Shown here one piece after another: positions 9,052 to 19,158 of a stretch of DNA of 64,000 bases. Below the pieces are notes generated by a model. It was given only the letters and a program-made list of their open reading frames with translations, had not been told where the DNA came from and ran no database searches. This DNA comes from Candidatus Sulfomarinibacteraceae bacterium (GTDB lineage: Bacteria; Acidobacteriota; Thermoanaerobaculia; Thermoanaerobaculales; Sulfomarinibacteraceae). Both the position numbers and the translations under genes were made by a program. Position 1 is the stretch's first letter, and every line of letters begins with the position of its first letter. Location: contig CAWCLO010000001.1 of assembly GCA_963796455.1 (NCBI GenBank), positions 352,001 to 416,000 of the forward strand, in the 5' to 3' direction.

Positions 9052-9768
9052 CTACAACCCGAGGTAGATAATCGACAGACCGGCTGCGGCGATCACGCAC
9101 CCCGCAAAGACGTGCGACCACCGTTCCAGCGGACCGAGTCGTACCAGCTTGAGACCTTCATAGCCTGCAAGCACGGCGCCGACCATGGACACCAGGGTTG
9201 CGACCGCAAAGACCAGGGCCGTCAAAATCGCCACGTCCCATCGGCCCTGACTCGCCGGCAGGGCAAAAAGTGGAATGAGAGGTTCGCACGGCCCAAGGAC
9301 GAAAATAATGAACAGCGTCCAGAAGGTGGTGTTGGTGCCGATTGTTTTGCCCTCATGACCGTGAGGACTGATGCCGTGGCTGTGGATGTGGACCTCGTCA
9401 CCGTGGGTGTGGGTCTCGATGCCGCGGCGCTTTCTCATTGCGTGGCGAATGCCCCACAATGCGTAGGCAAAACCAAAAGCCACAAGAGCCCACGCGGCAA
9501 GCGGTCCGCGCCCCGTTTCGACCCCCTCGATCTGCCCGATGGCAAGTCCCAGGGCGATACCGATCCCACCCAGGATCACCGACGACGCGATGTGTCCGAG
9601 ACCGCAGACGGCGGTCACGACGACCGTCTTCAGTCGGCTCCAGTCGCGCGCCTTGGCGAGCATGATGAAGGGAAGATAGTGATCGGGCCCAAGCAGGGTG
9701 TGCACAACACCCACGCCAAAGGCCGCTGCCAGTAGACTCCACGAAACGCTCTGAGCATCCATCAACAA
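9052..9768 (-). CDS. Nickel/cobalt transporter-like membrane protein
   Basis: HTLLGPDH motif, His-rich loop HTHGDEVHIHSH, LGPCEP; downstream of hyp genes. Confidence 0.75.
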   Translation of the reverse strand: MLMDAQSVSWSLLAAAFGVGVVHTLLGPDHYLPFIMLAKARDWSRLKTVVVTAVCGLGHIASSVILGGIGIALGLAIGQIEGVETGRGPLAAWALVAFGFAYALWGIRHAMRKRRGIETHTHGDEVHIHSHGISPHGHEGKTIGTNTTFWTLFIIFVLGPCEPLIPLFALPASQGRWDVAILTALVFAVATLVSMVGAVLAGYEGLKLVRLGPLERWSHVFAGCVIAAAGLSIIYLGL

Positions 9769-10782
9769 ATCCTCGGAAGATCCAATCCAGAAAGCAGATC
9801 GAGCGGCCTCTCACCCCCGATCCGGGTTTTCATTACGACCGGCGGCGCTCCCTTTGGAGCCTCCTCCATCCGGCCGATCACCATGGCACCGGCCCCGGCG
9901 GGGTCGGCGCGCATCGCCTGCAACGCGCGATCCACATCCTCGCTCGCGACCCACACCAACGCACGGCCCTCGCAGGCCAGGGCCAGCGGATCGAGCCCGA
10001 GGAGATCGCAGACCGCCGCGACGGTCTTCTGCACCGGTATCTGAGACTCTTCCAGAACCACCCGCGCACCACTCCGTTCGGCGACCTCGTGGCTGACCGT
10101 CACGACCCCCCCACGGGTCGGGTCGTGCATGCTTCGAACCGCTGCACCGCTTGCCATCAGGTTTTCGACCAGCGACGTCAACGGACCACAATCGGACTCG
10201 AGCCCGGGAGCATCGAGCTGGTGCCGGTGCGCAAGCACCGTCGCTCCGTGGTCGCCGATCGGACCGGAAACCAGGATCGCGTCTCCCGGTTGGATGTTGG
10301 TGTCCGAAATATCACGCCCCGGAGGCACGACACCGAGACCGGCGGTCACCGCGAAAATGCCGTCACCCTTGCCTCGCGGCACCACCTTGGTGTCTCCGGC
10401 AACTACGGCGATCCCAGCCTTTTCGGCGGCGGCTGCAGCACCCCGGACACAGGTCTCCAGGAGCACACCGTCGGCGCCCTCCTCGAGGATCAGGGCCCAC
10501 GTCAGCCACAGGGGCTTGGCCCCACCCATGGCGAGATCGTTCGACCGTGCCGTAAATCGACAAACACCCCAGATCACCACCCGAAAAAACCGGTGGATCG
10601 ACCACAAACGCATCGGTGGTCATGGCCGGTCGTCCCGGCGGCAGTTCCGGCAGCACCGCAGCGTCGGTCAAATCGGCCAGGTGTTGATTGTGAAACGCCG
10701 GCAGGAAAAGCTCCTCAACCAGGCGCCGGGTCAGACGCCCTCCCCCACCGTGTGCCAGAAGGACCTTGTCGGGCGCCTTCAC
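9762..10782 (-). pseudogene. hypE: HypE with an apparent single-base frameshift near 10542 (or sequencing error)
   Basis: N-term LAHGGGG...TTDAFVVDP...GTV is in one frame; NDLAMGGA...MHDPTRGG...LPRIC is in another; extra G in gtc-g-aac. Confidence 0.85.
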
Positions 10783-11885
10783 GATTGCCCCCCGCCTGCC
10801 CACCGCTCGTGGCGATACCAGGCGGCGCAGGTACCTTCGGAGGAGACCATGCAGGCCCCAATCGGCGTATCAGGATCGCAGCCCGCATCGAACAGTGGGC
10901 ATTCCGGCGGGTCGATCACACCGCGCAAAACATCACCGCACGCGCAACCCACCGGTTCGTTCGGCGGCGGCAGTTCGACCTCGATCAAGGAGGCGTCGCG
11001 GTGCGCCCATTCCGAGCGCAGACCGAGCCCAGATCCCGGGACCATTCCAAAGCCCCGCCAGATCTCGTCCGATGGTTCAAAATACCGATCCACCAGGTCC
11101 CGCGCATGGACATTGCCGTCGGGGGTCACGACCCGGCCGTAGACATTGCCGATGGATGCCTCGCCCTCTGCCACCTGGCGGATGAGAGCCACCACACCCT
11201 GGGCCACATCGGTAGGCAGGAAACCGGCAACCACACCCGACACGCCATAGTCCTCGGCGAGAAACTCGAAGAGCTTCCAACCCGTGATCACCGAAACGTG
11301 ACCCGGCAGCAAAAAGCCATCCACATCCAGATCAGGATCGTCCACCAGCACCCGCATCACCTGCGGCATGGTTTTGTTCCCCGGCAGCAGGAGGAAATTC
11401 GGCACGCCGGTTCGTTCCGCCTCGTCGAGCGCGCCGCCGATGGTCGGAACGGTGGTCTCGAATCCAACCGCCAGGAAGATCACCCGGAGCGCCGGGTTTT
11501 CGCGAGCCAGCGCCACGGCGTCCCGTGGCGAGTAGACGATCTCGACGCGAGCGCCTTCCGCCCGAGCCATTTCCAGAGACATGGTGCTCGACGGAACGCG
11601 CATCAAATCGCCAAAGGTGCACAACACAGTGTCGGGCTGGGCCGCCAGGGCAAGCGCCCGATCGAGGTATTCAACCGGGGTGACGCAGACCGGACAGCCA
11701 GGTCCGGAAATCAGTCGCACCCGTTCCGGCATCAATCGCCGCAGACCCGCTCCGGCCACGCTGTGGGTATGGGTGCCACAGACTTCCATAAAGGTCACTC
11801 GGCGATCGAGTTGACGAGCCTGCTCGCGGAGGTCTGACAAAATCCCATCCATGACCTCCGGGTCGGAGAAGAGCCCGGTGCTCAC
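10779..11885 (-). CDS. hypD: Hydrogenase maturation protein HypD
   Basis: MEVCGTHT, GPGCPVCVTP, GFETT, PGHVS, CMVSSEGTCAA. Confidence 0.97.
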   Translation of the reverse strand: MSTGLFSDPEVMDGILSDLREQARQLDRRVTFMEVCGTHTHSVAGAGLRRLMPERVRLISGPGCPVCVTPVEYLDRALALAAQPDTVLCTFGDLMRVPSSTMSLEMARAEGARVEIVYSPRDAVALARENPALRVIFLAVGFETTVPTIGGALDEAERTGVPNFLLLPGNKTMPQVMRVLVDDPDLDVDGFLLPGHVSVITGWKLFEFLAEDYGVSGVVAGFLPTDVAQGVVALIRQVAEGEASIGNVYGRVVTPDGNVHARDLVDRYFEPSDEIWRGFGMVPGSGLGLRSEWAHRDASLIEVELPPPNEPVGCACGDVLRGVIDPPECPLFDAGCDPDTPIGACMVSSEGTCAAWYRHERWAGGGQS

Positions 11886-12109
11886 AACTCCACCATCGAG
11901 TCGGAGTACTCGCGCAACAACTCGAGAGTTTTGGCTGCTTCTTCTTCGTCCACCTGAGAGATCGCAAAGCCGGCGTGAACGAGCACGTAATCACCGACCT
12001 TGGCGTCGGGCACGTACATCGTCGAAATCTGCCGCCGCACACCGTCGATCTCGGCGACTCCGTCGAATTCGGTTCGTTCGACCAATACCATCGGGATGGC
12101 GAGACACAT
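11882..12109 (-). CDS. hypC: Hydrogenase chaperone HypC
   Basis: MCLAIP N-terminus, YVLVHAGFAI. Confidence 0.97.
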   Translation of the reverse strand: MCLAIPMVLVERTEFDGVAEIDGVRRQISTMYVPDAKVGDYVLVHAGFAISQVDEEEAAKTLELLREYSDSMVEL

Positions 12110-12193
12110 GAGAACCCTCCCTCTCGGTCACGACGCCCCAAGGTGAAACGTCGGGTTTGTTACATGTACATCCTACAGAAGCCTGAAGCGAAA

Positions 12194-12288
12194 ATCGCTC
12201 TCGCTATCGGAATAGCTCTCGCTATCAATACAGCAAATCGAGACTGTCATTGCTCGATAGCGATACCGATAGCGATTGCGATAGCGAC
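12194..12288. repeat. Inverted hexamer (TCGCTA / GCGATA) repeat arms between hypF and hypC
   Basis: atcgctctcgctatc...gatagcgataccgatagcgattgcgatagcga. Confidence 0.6.
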
Positions 12289-12317
12289 TGGTTATCAGCG
12301 TTTGGCGCTGCCGGACT

Positions 12318-14669
12318 TTAACCGGCGGCCGGCTCCATTTTGAGCGTCACGCCTCTTGCCTCAGCCACTGCCGCAAGAACTGCCTGTCCATACGACAATC
12401 CCCCGTCACCCGGCGGCAACTGGCGCGGCAGCAGGACCTCATGCCCAATGGCCACGAAGCCCGCGCTCAGTTGAGAACACAGGATCCGATTGACCAGACA
12501 TCCCCCACCCAGCGCCACTGGATCGGTCGATTCTCCGCTGACTCGTCGAGTGATCTCTACCACCAGGCTAGAGAAGGTCTTATGAAAACCGAGGGCCACC
12601 CTTGAAGGGTCCTGCCCATCGACCACCCTGCGTGCGGCCGCGGCGAGGAGGCTCTTCGAGGGCAGAACCGGGTCTCCGGAGGTCATATCAATCTCGACCT
12701 CAGACCAGACTTCGGCCGATCCCGCCGCCTGCGCTGCCAAAGCCTCGAGCCTCGCTGCAGCTTCACCTTCCCAGCGATTCGATTCGGTCACGCCCAACAG
12801 AGCTCCTGCCGCCTCGAACACGCGTCCCGCCCCGGAAGCAAGCGGCCACCCGGAATCCTCCGCGAGCCGCCGCACCGAATCCATGCGAGCAGTCTCAACG
12901 AGATTGGCCATCGGCGTGGCGGCGATCAGATCGGCATGTCCGCTTCGCACCAACGCCGCCACCGCGACCCGCCACGGCTCACGCACCGCCGCCTCGCCCC
13001 CGATCAGATCCAGAGCTTCGAGATGGGCAAGCCGCCGCCACGAAAGATCGCCCTGGATCTCCAGCCACTCGCCGCCCCATGAGGTCTCGTCGGGCCCCCA
13101 CCCGGTTCCATCCAAAGCGATGCCGAGTGCCGTCTTCCCCGGGTCTGGGAAGTTTCCACTTTCGGCGAGCACCGCAGCAATGTGGGCTAAATGATGTTGG
13201 ACCTGGACCAGCCTCGCGCCGTGGGTCTCGGCCAATTCTCGCGCGTACCAGGAACTCGGGTAATCCGGGTGCAAATCGGCGACGACCACATCGGGGGTGG
13301 CCTGAAGAAAATCGAGCAAACCCTCGATGACCTCGCGATGAAACTGCCGGGCCGGCACCGACTCGAGATCGCCCACGTGTTGCGTGGGAAAGGCGCGATT
13401 TCCCTGCGCGACACACCCCGTGACCTGAAGGAATCCCCCGACGGCCACAACGACCGCGAGCGAAGATACCGGCAGGGGCACCGGCTCCGGTACCCAGCCC
13501 CGAGCCCGCCGAACCAGAATCGGGCCCAGTTCCGAGCTCCTCACCACCGAGTCATCCACCCGGCGCACAATGTCGCGGTCGTGCAACAAAAAGAGATCGG
13601 CGATACCAGTCAGCCGTTCGACGGCCTCTCGATTGCCGCGACACAGGGGTTCTTCCGAGAGATTGGCCGAGGTCATGACCACGGGTGGCAACCGCGGGTC
13701 GCGGGTCAGTTCGATGTGCAGGGGCGTGGTTGGGATCATGACCCCGAGATCATCGAGCCCTGGTGCCACCTCGTCGGAAATCGGAGCCTCCTGACGACGT
13801 GGAGCAAGGACGATGGGCGCCCTGGAAGATGCCAACAGGGCCTCCGACTGCTCCTCGAGGTGGACCACGGATCTCGCGACCTGAAGGTTACGAACCATCA
13901 CCGCAAAGGGTTTCCCAAAGCGGCGCTTTCGCCGACGCAGACGATTCACCACGTCGGGATCGTCGGCCCGGCAGGCGAGTTGGAATCCTCCGAGCCCCTT
14001 GACCGCTACGATTCGACCATCGAGGAGCGCTTGTTGCGCCTGGACGATGGGATCCTCCGAGGTGATCAACTCCTCGCCGTTCTCGTCGGCCAGCCACAAA
14101 CGGGGGCCGCAACGTGGACAGGCCACGGGCTCTGCGTGGAAGCGCCGATCCGCAGGGTCCCCGTATTCACGCTCGCAGTCCGGGCAGAACGGGAAACACG
14201 CCATCGACGTCCGTTCACGATCATATGGCAGGCTCTTGACCAGTGAGAATCTCGGACCGCAATTGGTGCAGGTCGTAAAGGGGTAGTGATGGCGTCGATC
14301 CATCGGGTCTTCGACCTCACGCCGGCAGTCCGCGCACAGGACGGTATCGGGTGGCACCAGGGCCCCTTCGGGGCGCCCGGTCGTCGAGGTCCGGACTTCG
14401 AATCCTTCGGCCTGCACGGGATCCAGTTCTACTCGCTCGATCGCATCGAGGTGCGCCAGGGGCGGCAGTTCGGAGCGCAGCCGTTCGACGAAGAGATCGA
14501 TCATCTCCGATGATCCCTCAACCTCCGCGGTCGCGCCCAACGGATCGTTGATGACCCACCCCGCGAGACCGATTGATGTCGCGATGCGGTGGACGGTCGG
14601 GCGGAAACCCACACCCTGAACGGTGCCGCGACACCGGAGCTGGACGCGAATCAGTTGTTTGCCAATCAA
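12318..14669 (-). CDS. hypF: Carbamoyltransferase HypF
   Basis: GTVQGVGFRP acylphosphatase domain, CTNCGPR zinc fingers, HHLAH, DGTGWG, PPGDGGLSYGQ. Confidence 0.97.
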   Translation of the reverse strand: MIGKQLIRVQLRCRGTVQGVGFRPTVHRIATSIGLAGWVINDPLGATAEVEGSSEMIDLFVERLRSELPPLAHLDAIERVELDPVQAEGFEVRTSTTGRPEGALVPPDTVLCADCRREVEDPMDRRHHYPFTTCTNCGPRFSLVKSLPYDRERTSMACFPFCPDCEREYGDPADRRFHAEPVACPRCGPRLWLADENGEELITSEDPIVQAQQALLDGRIVAVKGLGGFQLACRADDPDVVNRLRRRKRRFGKPFAVMVRNLQVARSVVHLEEQSEALLASSRAPIVLAPRRQEAPISDEVAPGLDDLGVMIPTTPLHIELTRDPRLPPVVMTSANLSEEPLCRGNREAVERLTGIADLFLLHDRDIVRRVDDSVVRSSELGPILVRRARGWVPEPVPLPVSSLAVVVAVGGFLQVTGCVAQGNRAFPTQHVGDLESVPARQFHREVIEGLLDFLQATPDVVVADLHPDYPSSWYARELAETHGARLVQVQHHLAHIAAVLAESGNFPDPGKTALGIALDGTGWGPDETSWGGEWLEIQGDLSWRRLAHLEALDLIGGEAAVREPWRVAVAALVRSGHADLIAATPMANLVETARMDSVRRLAEDSGWPLASGAGRVFEAAGALLGVTESNRWEGEAAARLEALAAQAAGSAEVWSEVEIDMTSGDPVLPSKSLLAAAARRVVDGQDPSRVALGFHKTFSSLVVEITRRVSGESTDPVALGGGCLVNRILCSQLSAGFVAIGHEVLLPRQLPPGDGGLSYGQAVLAAVAEARGVTLKMEPAAG

Positions 14670-15409
14670 ACCCTTGGTCGCCGTTTTTCGGCTAGCCGCG
14701 ACCGCAACAGATCGATCCAGGCATCGATACCGTCGCCGCCGAGCGATGAGGTAACAAGAACGCAGCCCGAAGGGTTGAGGGTGGTGATGTGCTCCTGGAC
14801 CGCGTCCATATCAAAGGGGACATAGGGCAGGAGATCCGACTTCGAGATCACCGCGACCTCGGCGCGAGAGAAGATGGCGGGATATTTGACCGGTTTGTCA
14901 TCACCCTCGGTCACCGACAACACGACCACCTTGAAATCCTCGCCGAGGTCATAGGTCGTCGGACAGATGAGGTTGCCGACGTTTTCGATGAAAAGAATAT
15001 CCACCAACGGTATCGCGCCGTCGCGCAATCCACTGTCGACCTGGCGGGCATCGAGGTGGCAGGATCCGCCGGTCAGAATCTGGTGCGCCGGCACGCCGAG
15101 GGCACGAATCCGATCGGCATCGTTTTCGGTCGCCACGTCGCCTTCGATGACCGCGCAACTGAGCTCGTCTCCGAGGGCGCGAACGGTCGCCTCGAGCAGG
15201 GTCGTCTTTCCCGAACCGGGCGAAGAGATCAGATTGACGACCAGTGTTCCCGATTCGGCGAATCGCGACCGCAGCAACTCTGCCTGTTCTTCGTTGGCTG
15301 CCAGGGCGCGGCGTTTGACTGTCACGATTTGCGTCATCTTGGGGACCTCTCCTACCGGAATCTTCGCCTCACCGGAAACAGCCTCAATCCGACGGCTCGT
15401 CGGTTTCAA
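14666..15409 (-). CDS. hypB: Nickel-insertion GTPase HypB
   Basis: SSPGSGKTT, CHLDA, ENVGNLICP, EGDDKP; start may be ~15337. Confidence 0.95.
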   Translation of the reverse strand: MKPTSRRIEAVSGEAKIPVGEVPKMTQIVTVKRRALAANEEQAELLRSRFAESGTLVVNLISSPGSGKTTLLEATVRALGDELSCAVIEGDVATENDADRIRALGVPAHQILTGGSCHLDARQVDSGLRDGAIPLVDILFIENVGNLICPTTYDLGEDFKVVVLSVTEGDDKPVKYPAIFSRAEVAVISKSDLLPYVPFDMDAVQEHITTLNPSGCVLVTSSLGGDGIDAWIDLLRSRLAEKRRPRV

Positions 15410-15746
15410 AACTGAGATCGATCACATCGAGTTCATCACCGCCGGTGACCTCCAGCGGCATGCCGCAGTCGGCACACAACCGCATCCAACTTCCCTCCGA
15501 CCGGTCCTTGTCCTCATCACATTGAGCGCAATGTTGAGTCGCGGTGCACCACTGAATGACAAGTTCGGCGTCCACATCGGGGCCTTCGGCAACAACAGCC
15601 TCCCAGGCGTAGACCAGGAGGTCGGGTTCGACCGCCGAGAGCTCGCCGACGGCGAGGCGAACCCGCTGCAGTGTCCCACCGCCATGCTCTTCGACCGTTT
15701 CGCGGCTGGTCCGGTAGACCTCGAGTGCGATACCCATTTCGTGCAC
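15384..15746 (-). CDS. hypA: Nickel metallochaperone HypA
   Basis: MHE start, VGELSAV, two CxxC motifs. Confidence 0.95.
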   Translation of the reverse strand: MHEMGIALEVYRTSRETVEEHGGGTLQRVRLAVGELSAVEPDLLVYAWEAVVAEGPDVDAELVIQWCTATQHCAQCDEDKDRSEGSWMRLCADCGMPLEVTGGDELDVIDLSFETDEPSD

Positions 15747-15766
15747 CTGGACAGTATACCGAGCAC

Positions 15767-15823
15767 GAAAGGGAGAAAGGGAGAAAGGGAGAAAGGGGGA
15801 AAGGGGGAAGGGGGGAAAGGGAG
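15767..15823 (+). repeat. Purine octamer repeat (GGGRGAAA)n
   Basis: About 7 copies, just upstream of hypA. Confidence 0.85.
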
Positions 15824-15916
15824 ATCGCCAGTCGATCTGTCCGAGATTGGAGAACCAGGGTCCATATGGCAGAGGGGCGGAGGGGCAGAGGGGCTAGATG
15901 CTGGATGCTGGATGCT

Positions 15917-16546
15917 GGATCACTCTTGTCCAAGATAAAGTCTCAGACAGCGATCAGGGACGGCGGCAGCGATCAGCGTCAGCGACAGGGAACAGCGATC
16001 AGCGTTCAGCGTTCAGCGTCAGCGTCAGCGTCAGCGAACAGTAGTCAGCGTCACGTTTGATTGGTATGGAGCACTGAAATCAAGACTTTGGGTTGAGTAA
16101 ACGCCATGTCATGGCACGGACTTGATCGAAGGCCTTCGTCGCTTCACCGGCTCCGTTCGGGCTGATCGCCTCGGCGTGGGCGAGGAGCTGCAAGTGGTTG
16201 TCGACCTCTTTGGCCGAGGCGTAGGCGATTCTCCAGTGGTTCGACCGGTCTCTACCGACTCGGCCGCCCACCGGCTACCCCTTCCTTTGAACGATCCGGA
16301 GGTGGCCGCTTCGTCGCCTGTACTCCTGACCGCTGCCGCTGGATACTGACCGCCGTCCCTGACCGCTGTCTCTGTTCGCTGTTGCCTGTCGCTGCCGCTG
16401 GACACTGTCGCCGCCGCTGCAATTCGGACGCGGGCACGGGCACAGGCACGGGCAACCGCGAACCGGATATGCCGAAAACCAACCCATAAACCACGTGTTG
16501 TCATGTGGGAAACTCCAGGTGACGATCTATTTTGGACAGCGGTGAT
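15917..16546. mobile_element. TIR-bounded element copy B with 5'-deleted four-helix-bundle gene
   Basis: Ends GGATCACTCTTGTCCAAGATAAAG and CTATTTTGGACAGCGGTGAT; internal homology to copy A. Confidence 0.75.
16080..16271 (-). pseudogene. Truncated four-helix-bundle gene (C-terminal half)
   Basis: GRDRSNHWRIAYASAKEVD...WRLLNPKS is fused directly to the upstream hairpin arm. Confidence 0.8.
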
Positions 16547-16659
16547 GCTGGATGTTCGATCGAGCCCGAGCCCGTTGCCGTTGCTGAGCGGGGAAAGGGA
16601 GACCCGAACCGGAAGCGATGGACGTGACCGAATCTCCCTGAATCAGAGTGTCGCCTCCC

Positions 16660-16813
16660 GATGTCATCCTGAGGGGAGCCCCGCCTTGTCACGGCGCAGC
16701 CTGAAAGGCGAAGCCGGAAGGGGCGTAGTCGAAGGATCTATGGGATGAATGGAACACCTCAGTCCGCAGATCCTTCGACTTCGCGCCAGGGGCGCTTCGC
16801 TCAGGATGACATC
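16660..16813. repeat. Palindromic MITE-like element (GATGTCATCCTGAG...CTCAGGATGACATC)
   Basis: 14-bp terminal IR and inner GTCGAAGGATCT/AGATCCTTCGAC IR; second copy at 28652. Confidence 0.8.
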
Positions 16814-16832
16814 TTGAACGACAGTTCCGTTC

Positions 16833-17071
16833 CCGAAAGGGGAAAGGGAGAAAGGGAGAAAGGGAGAAAGGGAGAACCATACCGGAGACTTAGTTCGTGA
16901 TAAGGGCGGGTCTCCTCTGCTCCTCTGCTCCTCTGCTCCTCTGCTCCTCTGCTCCTCTGCTCCTCTGCTCCTCTGCTCCTCTGCTCCTCTGCTCCTCTGC
17001 TCCTCTGCTCCTCTGCTCCTCTGCTCCTCTGCTCCTCTGCTCCTCTGCTCCTCTGCTCCTCTGCTCCTCTG
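16833..17071 (+). repeat. Purine octamer run followed by (CTCCTCTG)20
   Basis: 16912-17071 is 160 bp of perfect repeat; same layout as 1123-1306. Confidence 0.95.
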
Positions 17072-17108
17072 CGCGAGACTCGGGTGGGGTGTACAATGCC
17101 CGCTGTTT

Positions 17109-18626
17109 ATGACACTCCCACGCATCGTCATCACCGGCGCATCGGGCTTCATCGGCCGCAATCTTCTGCGAGACTTCAAGAACGATTTCAAAATCGTCGG
17201 TTTGGCCCGTCGTTCACAACTCCATTGCGGAGCGCCGATTCACAACAACATCACCTGGTATCAGGTCGACATCGGCAACCGCGAACAACTTGCCACCGCA
17301 TTCAAGTACATCCGCGAGTCGGGCGGAGCCGACTATGTGATCCACCTCGCCGCCCACTACGATTTCACCGGTGAGAACCATCCCGAGTATTGGCGGACCA
17401 ATGTGGAAGGCATGCGCAACGTGCTGGAGGAGTGTCGCGGCCTCGATCTGAAGCGTTTCATCTTCAGTTCTTCGATCGCAGCCTGTGAATTTCCCAGAAC
17501 CGGCGAAACGCTCAACGAAGAGAGTCCGCCCGATGGCGAACATGTTTATGCGGTGACCAAACGCATCGGCGAGGAGATGCTGGTCGAGTACGACGACATC
17601 CCGTCCTGCATCATCCGTCTCGCCGCGTTGTTCTCCGACTGGTGTGAATACGCTCCACTGTATATCTTTCTCGAGACCTGGCTTTCGGATGTGTGGAACA
17701 AGAACATCCTCGGTGGTCGAGGCACCACCGCCATCCCTTATATGCACGTCCGCGAGATGGGGCCCTTTCTCCGCCGTCTGATGGAGCGGGGAGATTCGAT
17801 CGGGCAACGGGAAGTCCTTCTCGCCAGCCCCAACGAAACACTTTCCCACAAAGAGCTCTATGACCTGGCCAACATCGATTATTTCGGCCAACGCCGGCGC
17901 CCGATCTTCATGCCCAAGGCCCTCGCCCAGATTGGTGTCTGGGGCCGCGATCTGATCGGTCGCCTGCTGGGTAACCGGCCCTTCGAACGCCCTTGGATGA
18001 TTCAGTACCTGGACACCGATCTCGCTGTCGACACCAGCCGTACAAGCGAGCGTCTCGGGTGGAGACCGAGAAAACGCCTGCTTCTCCAGCGTCGGATGCC
18101 CTTCATGGTCGAATACAGAAAAACGAATCCCAACGAATGGCACCGTCTCAACCGCGCTGCCCTCAAAGAGGTTCATCTCCGCGACAATTTGCGGATCAAC
18201 GGATTGCTCGAAGTGCACCTGGATTCGATCTGCACCGAATTTCTCGACCAGATGCAGTCTCCTGGTTCGGCGTCGCGTTTTCCGTCCTATCAGAATGTTG
18301 CCAGGGACCGCCTCGAGTGGCGTTTCATCATCCTGCTACGCCATCTTCAGAGCTCGATCCGAACCCACGACCGCGGTCTCTTTACGACCTACTGCAGAGA
18401 CCTGGCGGAAAAACGGCTGATGCAGGGCTTCGGGGTGCGCGAAGTGGTCGGTGCACTGCTGACGATGAATTCCATTTGCGTCGACACGCTGCGATCGGAC
18501 CCCGAGGGCGAAGACCTCGGCACGGCGATCCACGACTACCTCTCGATGACCGTCCAGTTCGGTTGTGATCAGATCCTGGAGATCTATGAAGAGGTTGGTG
18601 GCGAAGAGATCGACGAAGACTTTTGA
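17109..18626 (+). CDS. NAD-dependent epimerase/dehydratase with helical (globin/RsbR-N-like) C-terminal extension
   Basis: ITGASGFIG, HLAA, YAVTK; ~150 aa extra helical domain. Confidence 0.8.
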   Translation: MTLPRIVITGASGFIGRNLLRDFKNDFKIVGLARRSQLHCGAPIHNNITWYQVDIGNREQLATAFKYIRESGGADYVIHLAAHYDFTGENHPEYWRTNVEGMRNVLEECRGLDLKRFIFSSSIAACEFPRTGETLNEESPPDGEHVYAVTKRIGEEMLVEYDDIPSCIIRLAALFSDWCEYAPLYIFLETWLSDVWNKNILGGRGTTAIPYMHVREMGPFLRRLMERGDSIGQREVLLASPNETLSHKELYDLANIDYFGQRRRPIFMPKALAQIGVWGRDLIGRLLGNRPFERPWMIQYLDTDLAVDTSRTSERLGWRPRKRLLLQRRMPFMVEYRKTNPNEWHRLNRAALKEVHLRDNLRINGLLEVHLDSICTEFLDQMQSPGSASRFPSYQNVARDRLEWRFIILLRHLQSSIRTHDRGLFTTYCRDLAEKRLMQGFGVREVVGALLTMNSICVDTLRSDPEGEDLGTAIHDYLSMTVQFGCDQILEIYEEVGGEEIDEDF

Positions 18627-18681
18627 GTTCGGAATTCGGAGTTCGGAGTTCGTAGTTCGGAATTCGGAGTTCGGAGTTCGG
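18624..18681 (+). repeat. (GGAGTTC)n heptamer repeat, ~8 copies
   Basis: Reverse complement of the unit at 4143. Confidence 0.9.
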
Positions 18682-18777
18682 CTATAGGGCCCACGCTCTC
18701 CATCTCAACCCATAGGTCATGAACACACATCTGCGTTTTTCTGCGCTTTCTGCGGTTCCTCCGATTGGTGGCCGATT

Positions 18778-19158
18778 TCAGCCTCTGGCAACCGCCCGGT
18801 GCACCAGATATGCCACCAACGCCATCGCGCCATCGGCAAAGCCGGAGAACCACACGGACCACGGGGTGTCGGCAATCAGCGATCCACCGATGAGAAAGAC
18901 AAAGGCCGAGCTCTTGGCGATCAGCAACATATTGATGGTCCCATGTTGTTTGTACTCCACCACATATCCGGCCGCGAGCACGAAGTGAAACGCCCCCGCC
19001 TGCCAGATGAAGAAGATCGGATCAGCGCCGTCCCAACCGGCAAAAGCCACCGCCCATTCGGAAAAGAACATCAGCATGATGCCGACGATGAAGCTGTGGA
19101 GGGCGATCAGACCGATGAGGATCTTTTCGTGCGTTGTGGTCAGTTTCAAGGCCATCAT
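18778..19158 (-). CDS. Small 4-TM membrane protein
   Basis: Hydrophobic helices; overlaps the hybD stop; start 19158 or 19164. Confidence 0.75.
   Translation of the reverse strand: MMALKLTTTHEKILIGLIALHSFIVGIMLMFFSEWAVAFAGWDGADPIFFIWQAGAFHFVLAAGYVVEYKQHGTINMLLIAKSSAFVFLIGGSLIADTPWSVWFSGFADGAMALVAYLVHRAVARG

Noticed and set aside
16664..17191. ORFs with RSRGAEEQ / LLCSSAP repeats
   Set aside because: These are translations of the stop-free octamer array.
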